DNA from: Macrostomum lignano
Lineage: Eukaryota
DNA: 64,000 nt
Assembly: GCA_002269645.1 (NCBI GenBank)
Contig: NIVC01001848.1
Coordinates: 124,001-188,000, forward strand
Reading direction: 5' to 3'
Below the pieces are notes generated by a model, which saw only the letters and a list, made by a program, of their open reading frames with translations, made no database searches and was not told the DNA's origin. Shown one piece after another: positions 10,276 through 22,759 of the stretch. A program made the translations under genes and the position numbers. The stretch's first letter is position 1. Each line of letters starts with the position of its first letter.

Positions 10276-10639
10276 GCGCTAAATCCTTTCAAATTGACTG
10301 TTTTGTTAAATTTGCGTGCACAATTGATGATGACTGTCGTCAGCTGTAGTTTGTATCGCAGAGCTAGATGTCTCGCGCTTGGCAACTGTAAGCTATCGAT
10401 CGACTGTCTTTCAGGTTAGTCGCCAGCGTCAGTCTGTGGGGTCGGAACAATGCCGCATTTAGCCGGCGGATCAGCCCTAACCAATCACTTTTCTAGCGGG
10501 ATCCGTTTCGGTTGGTGGACCGAGGAAGTGGTTATTTTATATCATGCATGTTTCCTTGCTTCAAAACTAAAATGCAAGTCTATGTGACTAAGTAAATAAC
10601 TAAATTCACGCTCCTGCTAATGAAAATTGTGGTAAAACA

Positions 10640-11965
10640 GATTTGGCTGACAGCTGGCATTGAGCGGGGCGGGTTTTGAGTCAGACCAGATTGATTGGCT
10701 GACAGCTGAAATTGGGCAGAGTGGGTTGGTTTTGAGTCAGACCAGATTTGATTGGCTGACAGCTGAAATTGGGCAGAGTGGGTTGGTTTTGAGTCAGACC
10801 AGAATTGATTGGCTGACAGCTGAAATTGGGCAGAGTGGGTTGGTTTTGAGTCAGACCAGATTTGATTGGCTGACAGCTGAAATTGGGCAGAGTGGGTTGG
10901 TTTTGAGTCAGACCAGATTTGATTGGCTGACAGCTGGCTTGGGCAGAGTGGGTTGGTTTTGAGTCAGACCAGATTTGATTGGCTGACAGCTGGCTTGGGC
11001 AGAGTGGGTTGGTTTTGAGTCAGACCAGATTTGATTGGCTGACAGCTGAAATTGGGCAGAGTGGGTTGGTTTTGAGTCAGACCAGATTTGATTGGCTGAC
11101 AGCTGGCATTTGGCAGAGTGGGTTGGTTTTGAGTCAGACCAGATTTGATTGGCTGCCAGCTGGCTTTGGCAGAGTGGGTTGGTTTTGAGTCAGACCAGAT
11201 TTGATTGGCTGACAGCTGGCTTTGGCAGAGTGGGTTGGTTTTGAGTCAGACCAGATTTGATTGGCTGACAGCTGAAATTGGGCAGAGTGGGTTGGTTTTG
11301 AGTCAGACCAGAATTGATTGGCTGACAGCTGGAATTGGGCAGAGTGGGTTGGTTTTGAGTCAGACCAGATTTGATTGGCTGACAGCTGAAATTGGGCAGA
11401 GTGGGTTGGTTTTGAGTCAGACCAGATTTGATTGGCTGACAGCTGGCATTGGGCAGAGTGGGTTGGTTTTGAGTCAGACCAGATTTGATTGGCTGACAGC
11501 TGAAATTGGGCAGAGTGGGTTGGTTTTGAGTCAGACCAGAATTGATTGGCTGACAGCTGGAATTGGGCAGAGTGGGTTGGTTTTGAGTCAGACCAGATTT
11601 GATTGGCTGACAGCTGAAATTGGGCAGAGTGGGTTGGTTTTGAGTCAGACCAGATTTGATTGGCTGACAGCTGGCATTGGGCAGAGTGGGTTGGTTTTGA
11701 GTCAGACCAGATTTGATTGGCTGACAGCTGAAATTGGGCAGAGTGGGTTGGTTTTGAGTCAGACCAGATTTGATTGGCTGACAGCTGGCATTGGGCAGAG
11801 TGGGTTGGTTTTGAGTCGGACCAGATTTGATTGGCTGCCAGCTGGCTTTGGCAGAGTGGGTTGGTTTTGAGTCGGACCAGATTTGATTGGCTGACAGCTG
11901 GCATTGGGCAGAGTGGGTTGGTTTTGAGTCAGACCAGATTTGATTGGCTGACAGCTGGAATTGGA
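10640..11965. repeat. 57-bp minisatellite, ~23 copies
   Basis: Unit tgattggctgacagctgaaattgggcagagtgggttggttttgagtcagaccagatt. The ORF track shows 19-aa periodicity. Confidence 0.95.
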
Positions 11966-12536
11966 CAGATTTGATAGGCTTTCAGATTTCAACCAATCAG
12001 TATTTATAGTTGTCACTCATTTTTGTCGTCGTCGTTTTTCTTTTTTACTTTTGGAATTTAATTGTTTATTTTTGCCAAATTTAATTGAAAAAATGGCGCT
12101 AAAATTTGTACTCTGAATCGTACGAGTCTGTATCTATTTTTTAAGTCAGTTCAATTAAAAAATAATCTAAATCAACTTTTCAGGCACAAAGTGACCCTCA
12201 CGAACTTCTGATACCTTTCTGGCACGAGATTGGCTGGCGAAGAGTTTCCTAAAAAGAAAAAGTTCTGCACCCACTTTTGAATTTGTTTTAACTTGATCTG
12301 CTTATAATTTGAGAACTGATCTATTTTTTTATTGTCACACTGGAAAGGCCTACTTAATATTTTTTGCCACAAATGTTCCTATCTTGTGAATACAAGAATT
12401 TGAATACGGCAAATTTTTCTTTCTATATCCTACTCTCTTATTCCATTCTCTTTGTCTCTTTCGATTGTTTTTTAAAAGCTTCTCTGTGACATTGTGTGAG
12501 TGTAATGTTACTGTATTGTATGTCTACTCTGCACCA

Positions 12537-12942
12537 CACAGATACTTGATGGGCCACTCAACACATTTGCGTGTAAGCTACTTTCAGTTCAGTAGTAAGT
12601 TAAATAGAAGCATTTTCATGTATTTTTAAAGCCAAGGCTTATTTATTGGCTCCCACCCCCAGCTTAAACCCTCCAACCACGCCTTTCCACACTACCCCCC
12701 CCCCCGCGACCCGCCCCAATTTTTATTGCCTTTCTCGGAATTCTAGCCTAGTAAGCTGCCATGTACATTTCAGTGGACTGGCTAATGTACATTATTGCTG
12801 AACCAATTAGCTTATCAAAGTCAGTTCAGCTGCCTTTATAAAATAGCTTATGCATTCTTCTTTGCTACTGAACTGAAAGTAGAAAGCTGTTTTACTAAGT
12901 ATGTATGCCTGTGCAGCCCATCTAGTTATTTTAGTATCTGTG
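12537..12942. mobile_element. Degenerate long-TIR element (possible old MITE)
   Basis: Perfect 18-bp inverted repeat at 12578-12595 / 12865-12882, plus an outer pair cacagatact (12537-12546) / agtatctgtg (12933-12942). No TSD was identified. Confidence 0.45.
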
Positions 12943-12964
12943 CTCTACACTAGATAGATAGAGT

Positions 12965-12970
<6 letters not shown>

Positions 12971-13002
<32 letters not shown>
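12971..13002. repeat. (TG)16 microsatellite
   Basis: Read directly from the sequence. Confidence 0.95.
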
Positions 13003-13005
<3 letters not shown>

Positions 13006-13556
13006 AATCTATGAATATAGAAGGCTTATTATCATAGATTTTTGCACATTCCTTACTGCACCGTATTTCAGCAGCTGTGTGTAACATTAGTTTGTGTGCA
13101 AACTACAACTTTACTTAACGGATAATAATAATAATACTTTTGTAATTAAATATTAAGAACAGTTATATTCCAGATAAGCTATAACTAAGTAATTATTATT
13201 ATCAATTTTATATTTCTTTATACCAGTAATATCTTTTGCGTTTTTTCAGTTGTTGTTTACCCGGCTGTGTCCGCTTCTATTACTCTCTGTTTTAGTATGA
13301 CAAAATGCCTATTTCTTATATACTGTTTCTAATGGTGGCGTTATGTCACAATCTTATGCCCATGTTAGTAATTATAGCATGGAATTAATTATTAATATAA
13401 CTGGCGATTGTAAAATTCATATTAATCCATTTTATTTGGCTGGCAAAAGCCTTTGTTGTTTTATCTATTTTTTTATTGAATCTTAGAATAGGAATTCGTT
13501 TTTATTAAATTATCTTATTCTGATTAACATAAACCTCATTAAGGTATTTTCTAATA

Positions 13557-14903
13557 ACCCAGTGTGTTACTGCTGATAGCCCAGTGTGTTACTGATAGCC
13601 TAGTGTGTTACTGCTGATAGCCCAGTGTGTTACTGATAGCCTAGTGTGTTACTGATAGCCCAGTGTGTTACTGATAGCCCAGTTTGTTACTCATAGCCCA
13701 GTGTGTTACTGATAGCCCAGTGTGTTACTGCTGATAGCCCAGTGTATTACTGATAGCCCAGTGTGTTACTGATAGCCTAGTGTGTTACTGATAGCCCAGT
13801 GTGTTACTGATAGCCCAGTGTGTTACTGATAGCCCAGTGTGTTACTGATAGCCCAGTGTGTTACTGATAGCCCAGTGTGTTACTGCTGATAGCCCAGTGT
13901 GTTACTGATAACCCAGTGTGTTACTGATAACCCAGTGTGTAACTGATAGCCCAGTGTGTTACTGCTGATAGCCCAGTGTATTACTGATAGCCCAGTGTGT
14001 TACTGATAGCCTAGTGTGTTACTGATAGCCCAGTGTGTTACTGATAGCCCAGTGTGTTACTGATAGCCCAGTGTTACTGATAGCCTAGTGTGTTACTGAT
14101 AGCCCAGTGTGTTACTGATAGCCCAGTGTGTTACTGATAGCCCAGTGTGTTACTGATAGCCTAGTGTGTTACTGATAGCCCAGTGTGTTACTGATAGCCC
14201 AGTGTGTTACTGATAGCCTTGTGTGTTACTGATAGCCCAGTGTGTTACTGATAGCCCAGTGTGTTACTGATAGCCCAGTGTGTTACTGATAGCCCAGTGT
14301 TACTGATAGCCCAGTGTGTTACTGATAGCCCAGTGTTACTGATAGCCCAGTGTGTTACTGATAGCCCAGTGTGTTACTGATAGCCCAGTGTTACTGATAG
14401 CCCAGTGTGTTACTGATAGCCCAGTGTGTTACTGATATCCCAGTGTGTTACTGATAGCCCAGTGTTACTGATAGCCCAGTGTGTTACTGATAGCCCAGTG
14501 TGTTACTGATAGCCCAGTGTGTTACTAATAGCCCAGTGTGTTACTGATAGCCCAGTGTGTTACTGATAGCCCAGTGTTACTGATAGCCCAGTGTGTTACT
14601 GATAGCCCAGTGTTACTGATAGCCCAGTTTGTTACTGATAGCCCAGTGTTACTGATAGCCCAGTGTGTTACTGATAGCCAGTGAGTTACTGATAGCCCAG
14701 TGTGTTACTGATAGCCCAGTGTGTTACTGATAGCCCAGTGTGTTACTGATAGCCAGTGAGTTACTGATAACCCAGTGTGTTACTGATAGCCCAGTGTGTT
14801 ACTGATAGCCAGTGAGTTACTGATAGCCCAGTGTGTTACTGATAGCCCAGTGTGTTACTGATAGCCCAGTGTGTTACTGATAGCCAGTGAGTTACTGATA
14901 GCC
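13557..14903. repeat. 19-bp minisatellite (ctgatagcccagtgtgtta), ~70 copies, upstream of UBAC2
   Basis: Tandem units with 17- and 22-bp indel variants. Confidence 0.95.
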
Positions 14904-15075
14904 AATGGTCACGTGACTAGACCTATTTCAAAGTGCGTGCTTGGTCGTGCTGTCAGTAGAACCGATGATTCCCTAGGTCGCTATTACGCACCATAGCGTC
15001 ATTGCAATCCTAATAAAAAGTGCAACATGTACTTTATTGTTTATTCGTTTCGCTATGCCTGAAATTCATGCGCCG

Positions 15076-15605
15076 ATGTTCTCGCCGCACAGTCACTCCG
15101 GCTTCCATCAGGCCACGGTGTCGAAGTGCCTGCTGGCCACCGTGGTGGTGTCGACCATCCTCCTCAGCCTGCCCCTTCACGCCTATCGCAATTATTTCAT
15201 CAACGCTAGCAAGGCATCCCCAGCCTATACTTACGTCACCTCCAAGCTGGTGTTCCTCGACACCAAAGACCTCATCCCCGGCGCTCTGCTGCTCTATTAT
15301 TTTCGAATATTCGAACGACGCTACGGTCAGAGAAAATTCTGCGCCTTCCTATTGTTTAGCCTGGCCTGCGGCCTGGCCCTGGAGGCCCTGGTCTTCAGCT
15401 TGCTGCAGGCCTGGGTGGGGGGCCTGGGGTCGCCCTGCGGCCCTGTGGCTCTGGTCTTCTCGCTGTTTGTGCCGTTCTACGTTGAGGTGAGGGGCTCTGG
15501 CACCTGACTGACTGACTGACTGACTGACTGCCTGACTGACTGAATGACTGACTGACTGACTGACTGACTGTCTGACTGACTGACTGACTGACTGACTGAC
15601 TGACT

Positions 15606-15648
<43 letters not shown>

Positions 15649-16674
15649 TGACTGACTGACTGACTGACTGACTGACTGACTGACTGACTGACTGACTGAC
15701 TGACTGACTGACTGACTTAAGTGAGTGGGTGACTGACTGACTGACTGACTGACTGACTGACTGCCTGACTGACTTGAGTGAGTGGGTGACTGACTGACTG
15801 ACTGCCTGACTGACTTGAGTGAGTGGGTGACTGACTGACTGACTGCCTGACTGACTTGAGTGAGTGGGTGACTGACTGACTGACTGCCTGACTGACTTGA
15901 GTGAGTGGGTGACTGACTGACTGACTGCCTGACTGACTTGAGTGAGTGGGTGACTGACTGACTGACTGACTGACTGACTGACTGACTGACTGACTGACTG
16001 ACTGACTGACTGACTGACTGTCTGACTGTCTGACTGACTGACTGACTGTCTGACTGACTGACTGACTGACTGACTGACTGACTGACTTGAGTGACTGACT
16101 GACTGACTGACTGACCCCAAGAGTCATCAGTTCCCAACCAATCGCTTACAACTCCGTCCGCCAGGTGCCCCGAGTCGAATTCGCTCACATCCTTGGCGTG
16201 CCCGTCACAGGCAAATCGTTCGTCTATTTGCTGGGCCTGCAGCTCGGCTCCAGCGGCTGGGGCGCCGCCCTGTTAGCCGCCTGCGGCCTCGCCACCGGCG
16301 CCGCCTGGCAGCGCTGGTCTGGCGCCATATTCCGTTGTCTGGCGCCGCCCAAGCCAGTCTGTCGATTCGCCGCTTGCTGGCTGGACCCGCTGCTCAGGTC
16401 GAGCCCGCCGGCTGGCCGTCACACGGGCGCCACTCTGGAGCTGCAGCGCCAGGAGCAGATGGAGCACTGGGAGCAGCAGATGCGGTCCCGCTGGATGACT
16501 GGCGGCGCCGCCTCCTCAGCAGCTGGCGACAATGCGATGTCGCCTGACCCGACCGAGGAGCACATTACCCGCCTGACTGACATGGGGTTTCCCCGGCAGA
16601 GTGTTGTGCAAGCCCTTCGATTGAGCAATAACAATTTGCCTATGGCTATGAATGTGCTGCTGCAGGAGGTCTGA
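15076..16674 (+). CDS. UBAC2: Ubiquitin-associated domain-containing protein 2 (rhomboid-like N-terminus, C-terminal UBA), 2 exons, ~306 aa
   Basis: Exons 15076-15486 (alternative ATG at 15055) and 16165-16674, GT-AG, phase 0. Motifs FRIFERRYGQRKF, VFSLFVPFY..PRV, GATLELQRQEQME and UBA ITRLTDMGFPRQSVVQALRLSNNNLPMAMNVLL match recalled UBAC2. Confidence 0.92.
15506..16114. repeat. (GACT)n microsatellite with an internal 41-bp higher-order unit, filling the UBAC2 intron
   Basis: ttgagtgagtgggt interruptions recur at 41-bp spacing (15774, 15815, 15856, 15897, 15938). Confidence 0.95.
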
Positions 16675-16789
16675 ACATGCGCTGCTTTTGGGGATTCACC
16701 TTTAAAGTTCTCTAGTAAAGTTATTACTCAGAAATCGGAATGTCCCTTAGAATTTGGCTTTGGGTTTCCATTGAATTTTCCTCGGTTTT

Positions 16790-17110
16790 TCTTTTGGGAT
16801 TTCCCTCGGGTTTTCCTTCGGGATTTCCCTCAAATTTTCCCTTGGGATTACCCTCAAGGTTTCCCTTGGGATTTCCCTCTAGGTTTCCCTTGGTATTTCC
16901 CTCAAGGTTTCCTTTGGGATTTCCTTCAAGGTTTCCCTTGGGATTCCCCTCAAGGTTTTCCTTGAGATTTCCCTCAATGTTCCCTTGGGATTCCCCTCAA
17001 GGTTTCCCTTGGGATTCCCCTCAAGGTTTCCCTTGGTATTTCCCTCTAGGTTTCCCTTGGTATTTCCCTCTAGGTTTCCCTTGGGATTCCCTTATGGTTT
17101 CCTTCGGGAT
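16790..17110. repeat. Degenerate ~24-bp repeat (ttcccttgggattcccctcaaggt), 3' of UBAC2
   Basis: FPLGFPSR-like 8-aa periodicity in the ORF track. Confidence 0.85.
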
Positions 17111-18517
17111 TTCGCAATTTATTTTGGGATATTTTCCTGTTTGTTAGGTTTAAATTTCCTGAAGTGAAGTGGCTGTTACTATTTTCAGACAGAGTTCAAA
17201 GGCCAATCAGGCAGCGACCGATATTCATTAGCCAGAGGCAGAGTTTAGTGAGTTATAGAACTTTGCGTATTAACTCCATGTATTACCTACACCCCGTGCA
17301 TTCACCTTAGGCGAATGGGAATCTGCTTGTTGTTGTTTATTTGTTTTGAGTTCTGCCACTGCCGCCACCCCTCCACCACCCCCGCTGTTGCTTTTGTCGA
17401 TTTTATTATTCGTGAATTTTACTTAAGGTAGTTGCTAGGCTGAATAGCACTTGCACTTTTTGCAAGTGCAGAATCGCAATTCTCTCATTCTGTGCGCTGG
17501 TTTATCCTCATCGGCTACCCGATCGCCTATACGTCATACCCGTTGAAAGCGTTACCGTGACCGTGACTCTGGGGGCGATTGTTGTGACTTTTTAACGGCT
17601 CAAACGACTGCAATGCTACGGAGAGGCGGCTGTTGGGTCACGAGCGCTTCAAAAGTCGTCGAAAAGTCATTGTGTTGTTAGCGTCAAAAGAGCTTAACTG
17701 TCTACTAACTCAAGTAGACTAAGTAGAGTTGTTATACATGTAAATGCGAAATGCTGGGCTTTAGACGCAACTCAGTTACAGAGTCGCAGACAATGAAACG
17801 CCTCAAATTGACTCTTAGGAGACTCGTTGGCGACTTGACGACCGTGACAGAGTCTAAATATGAATAAATATACATACGAATATATATTTGATGTCAACTA
17901 AATAATGCAAGCACTCATTCACTCTACTTTGCCATTTGACGATATGCAAATCGACATGTTTGATTTCAGTTTGGTTCTTCAGTTTAGAAAATCGAGTTAA
18001 AAGCCACAGCGCCCCTGACTTTCTTCTCACCGTCAGGCGCATTTGCGCACACTGTGCCTTGGGGGGGGGCTGGCCACTCGGCCCCCGTACGATACTACTT
18101 ACAAGCGCATATTGTAGGCAAAAATCACAGGAAATCTGTAGGCTCCGAGGATAAGCAGCGCTCGTATCTCTAATTAATCTTTCAGTGTGGATTACTGCAC
18201 TGCTGTCCGTAGTAGATAGCTGGCCTGCGTTGCTAGGGATATTAAATTGCTTGGCTGCCTGGGAATAATCAGTTGTGCAGCACATGCATTGTTAGAACAG
18301 TGTGTTTATAACCTGGCTTATTCCCCTCTTGCTTTGGCCTTAACTACCTCTCTGCACTGTTCTAGCTTATCCACCTTTCAGTCATGTCTATACAGTAGGT
18401 GCATGGAGGCGGGACTTGGCGAAAACTGTAAACAAATGGCTTACAGATCAATATTAGAGACTATGCAAATAGTTGTAATAATACAGGCAGACGGGCAGTC
18501 ACTTTGACACTAAAATT

Positions 18518-18602
18518 GACAGGCAGGCAGACAGACACTAAGACAGACAGACAGACAGACTCTAAGACAGACAGACAGACATACAGACAAACATACAGAT
18601 AC

Positions 18603-18644
<42 letters not shown>

Positions 18645-18660
18645 GGATAGACGGACAGGC

Positions 18661-18696
<36 letters not shown>

Positions 18697-18744
18697 GGAT
18701 AGACGGACAGACAGACAGAGGGATAGACGGACAGGCAGGCAGGC

Positions 18745-18787
<43 letters not shown>

Positions 18788-18904
18788 TAGACGGACAGGC
18801 AGGCAGGCAGACAGACAGACAGACAGGCAGACAGACAGACAGACGGATAGACGGACAGGCAGGCAGACAGACAGACAGACAGACGGATAGACGGACAGGC
18901 AGGC

Positions 18905-18936
<32 letters not shown>

Positions 18937-18982
18937 GGATAGACGGACAGGCAGGCAGACAGACAGAAAGACAGACAAACAG
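18518..18982. repeat. Compound (GACA)n microsatellite
   Basis: GACA/GGCA units with a recurring cggatagacggacagg interruption. Confidence 0.95.
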
Positions 18983-19791
18983 GACAACTGATGACATGCC
19001 GTGAGCGCATTTGCATGTACTGTGTAGACATGTATGACTCTGGCCCGTGTTCGCCATGCAGTTGCTTAGCAAAATGAGAACGCTTTATGCCACACTGCAT
19101 GCGCAGCAAGAGCTTATATCAGATGGATTGTATTTTGTATGCTTGCAAAGCTTTACTTGTAATTTTAAAAGAAGCGAAATCTGCTATTCATCCGCACAGA
19201 ACAGCCCGGATGCGCCGGGTCTTATCGCCGTGCGCTTTTGGTAGGCCGCTAAGATACGAGTCTGATGCTGCACTACAGGGTACCTACTAGTAGGAGGTGC
19301 GATGGCTCGCCCTGATCCAGTCAGTTATTTCAGTCCAGATGGGGGAAACTTCCCTGTCCTTAGAACCCTTTCTATAGCATCTCTCTCTCGCACTTGCATT
19401 TTTATTCTCGATCCCCTTTCTTCCCCCCCCCACCCCCTTGTAGCTCGATGCTGCTGGCTCTCCCTCTCTCCGTCTGCCTCGCCTTCACTTCTAAATGGAA
19501 TCGCGGCAGACCTTGGACAGCTGTGCTATTCCAACTAGCAGTATCTTAGGCCTTCATTACCGGCTTGGCTTAGATATAAGTTAAGGCAAGGTGAAGGCTG
19601 CATGGCCTAATTTCCCCAGTTATTATTCTTCATTCCTCCTCCGAGAAAAGCCATCTGCTCCCCAGTGCAGTCCTGTGTCCAAGCCGGCCTGCTGTAAAAA
19701 TAAAAGCAACGGGTCCGCCAAGTGTCCCGTCTCCGGCCCCGCGTGCACTGACGCGTTCTTGCCACACGTATTTCCGTGTGACTGATAGCTG

Positions 19792-20612
19792 AGTGTTCCA
19801 TGATCCCTAGAGTGTTCCAAGATCCCTAGAGTGTTCCATGATCCCTAGAGTGTTCCATGATCCCTAGAGTGTTCCAAGATCCCTAGAGTGTTCCATGATC
19901 CCTAGAGTGTTCCATGATCCCTAGAGTGTTCCATGATCCCTAGAGTGTTCCATGATCCCTAGAGTGTTCCATGATCCCTAGAGTGTTCCATGATCCCTAG
20001 AGTGTTCCATGATCCCTAGAGTGTTCCATGATCCCTAGAGGTTCCATGATCTTTAGAGAGTTCAAAGATCCCTAGAGTGTTCCAAGATCCCTAGAGTGTT
20101 CCATGATCCCTAGAGGTTCCATGATCCCTAGAGTGTTCCATGATCCCTAGAGTGTTCCAAGATCCCTAGAGTGTTCCAAGATCCCTAGAGTGTTCCAAGA
20201 TCCCTAGAGGTTCCATGATCCCTAGAGGTTCCATGATCCCTAGAGGTTCCATGATCCCTAGAGTGTTCCAAGATCCCTAGAGTGTTCCAAGATCCCTAGA
20301 GTGTTCCATGATCCCTAGAGTGTTCCATGATCCCTAGAGTGTTCCAAGATCCCTAGAGTGTTCCAAGATCCCTAGAGTGTTCCAAGATCCCTAGAGGTTC
20401 CATGATCCCTAGAGGTTCCATGATCCCTAGAGAGTTCCAAGATCCCTAGAGGTTCCATGATCCCTAGAGGTTCCATGATCCCTAGAGAGTTCCAAGATCC
20501 CTAGAGGGTTCCGTTATCCCTTGAGGGTTCCATTATCTTTAGAGGGTTCCATTATCCCTAGAGGGTTCCATTATCCCTAGAGGATTCCATTATACCTAGA
20601 GGTTTCCAAGAT
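19792..20612. repeat. 19-bp minisatellite (gatccctagagtgttccat), ~43 copies
   Basis: Tandem units that degenerate towards the 3' end. Confidence 0.95.
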
Positions 20613-21292
20613 CCTCTTCTCTCTCTGATATCACTCTCTCTCTCTCTTCCCCACTGCTTGTCCCTCTTCTGACCCTCTCTTTAACCTAGTGGGTTTTACA
20701 ACTTTTGCATAATAATTTGTTTTTTATCTCCTTTATTCACCATTGTCTGCTGCAGAGCCAACTATCGGTTGCCCCAGCTCATCTGCTCATTATTGTGTTT
20801 AGCCATTGAAGCGGGCAGCTGGTCCTTGTCCCGAATGATGGCACTCAATACTTTTTTTATTTTAGTAAGGAATAACAGGCTCGATTCCGCTCGAGTCTTT
20901 AACTGCTTCATCTATTATTGAGAACATCCCAGCCGGGTGCCAGAAATGGTACACGGAAATCCTCTTTATCCCTTCTTAGTAAGTTCAGTCTAGCAGCCGA
21001 AGCTCGAGGCACTGGGTGCTGTCTGGCGTGTCTTCCTGGTTTTGCCTCTGCCTTTCATTTAGTCTTTAGCTACTCCCGTCTATTTTGGCAGCGCCGCGTC
21101 AGAACTTTTTCTTTGCTCAGCGGAGCACACTTGTGAGTTGAGCAGTTTCCCTTCCATTTTTAGAGGAAAAAACTCCCTGTACCCCAGCCCCACTTGCCAC
21201 ACCAGATCCCCAAATTTCGGTCAGATGAGGGGAGTGCTCTGGAACAAGTCCTCGTGCTTGTCCTACTTCCCCCTCGCTTTTTTGCCTCGTCC

Positions 21293-21420
21293 CTGATTGG
21301 CTGAGGGCTGGGGGGGGGGGGGTTCATCACCAAGTGAGGGGAGGCCCCACTGATCCGGCTTTGGCTGGAAGGCCGCAAATCCCAGGCAGGCAGCAGCAGC
21401 AGCAGCAGCAGGTATAAGAG
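21293..21420 (+). promoter_or_regulatory. Putative Pol II promoter-like segment (reverse CCAAT box, G-run, TATA-like)
   Basis: gattggctga at 21295-21304, a G13 run, (CAG)n, tataag at 21413-21418, and a downstream strong donor tcg|gtgagt at 21648. Motif-based only. Confidence 0.3.
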
Positions 21421-21956
21421 CCGAGCCTCCATCCCGCACTCTCACCCTCACGCGACTCTCTTCTCTGTCGTTATGGCTCAGTTCGCTTTCAAGATTTAAG
21501 CTTAAAGCCTGAACCCTAGTTTCTCATATTGCATCTGTCAAAGAGAAAGGTTTTGCCGCAAGGAGGTCGCGCCTGAGTTAGAGAATAAAAGAAGCCGGGA
21601 GGTCGAGCAGGAACCGCATCATCAAAGAGAGAGAGGAAAAAATTTCGGTGAGTCGGCAATTTTGTCATATCAGTTTTTTTTCTTCTTAATTAAGCTCTTT
21701 CTTCTCCTATTCTTTGTGATCAAGCGCGCTTGCTTGATCTAGTGGCGTTTCTAAAAATCTTTTTTTTATTAAAGCAACTTGCTTCCAGGCAAAGCAAAGT
21801 AGCAGGTGAGAGAGTTGATACAAATGAATATCTAGGGGGGGGGGGTTCATGAACAGGCAATTGCCTTCATTGAAGCTTTCTATCGTTGGCTTGAAAACTA
21901 ATTTTATAAATTTGTCTCATTCCTGAGATTTCAAATTAACTGATTTATCATGTGTT

Positions 21957-22500
21957 TGGGTTTATAGAGTGACTGGTTTGTAGAGTGACTGGTTTATGCA
22001 GTTACTGGTTTATAGAGTGACTAGTTTATAGAGTGACTGGTTTATGCAGTGACTGGTTTATGAAGTGACTGAATTATGGAGTGATTGAATTATGGAGTGA
22101 CTGGATTATGGAGTGACTGGTTTGTAGAGTGACTGGTTTATAGAGTGACTGGTTTATGCAGTTACTGGTTTATGCAGTTACTGGTTTATAGAGTGACTGG
22201 TTTATGGAGTGACTGTTTTATAGAGTGACTGGCTTATGCAGTTACTGGTTTATGGAGTGACTGGTTTGTAGAGTGACTTTTATGGAGTGACTGGTTTATA
22301 GAGTGACTGTTTTATGGAGTGACTGGTTTATAGAGTGACTGTTTTATGGAGTGACTGGTTTATAGAGTGACTGTTTTATGGAGTGACTGGTTTATAGAGT
22401 GACTGTTTTATGGAGTAACTGGTTTATAGAGTGACTGGCTTATGGAGTGACTGTTTTATAGAGTGACTGGTTTATGGAGTGACTGGTTTATAGAGTGATA
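21957..22500. repeat. 16-bp minisatellite (gagtgactggtttata), ~34 copies
   Basis: Tandem units with variants. Confidence 0.9.
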
Positions 22501-22759
22501 CGTTTATAATTTCTGTTGCAACAGGTGATCCTGCTGAGGGACAGCTGACAAGACTACAGAGTAAAAAGTTCCCTGAAAGCTGTGAACTACAAATTAGCTG
22601 GCTTTTTCACGCTTTACACTCCATGCGACTTGAAAAGGAGAAAAAGTAGCGCTGGTTTCTTAGAAATCGTATCCGCAAATCGATACTTGATAAAAAGTTC
22701 ATCAAAGTAGGTTTTTTAGAGTTATAAAGGCTGAGATTTAGGAAATAAAGTCCAATGAG

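Noticed and set aside
18985-19030. CTGATGA hammerhead-ribozyme core motif (also at ~47910 and on the minus strand at ~16125)
   Set aside because: No stem II followed by GAAA in any of the cases.
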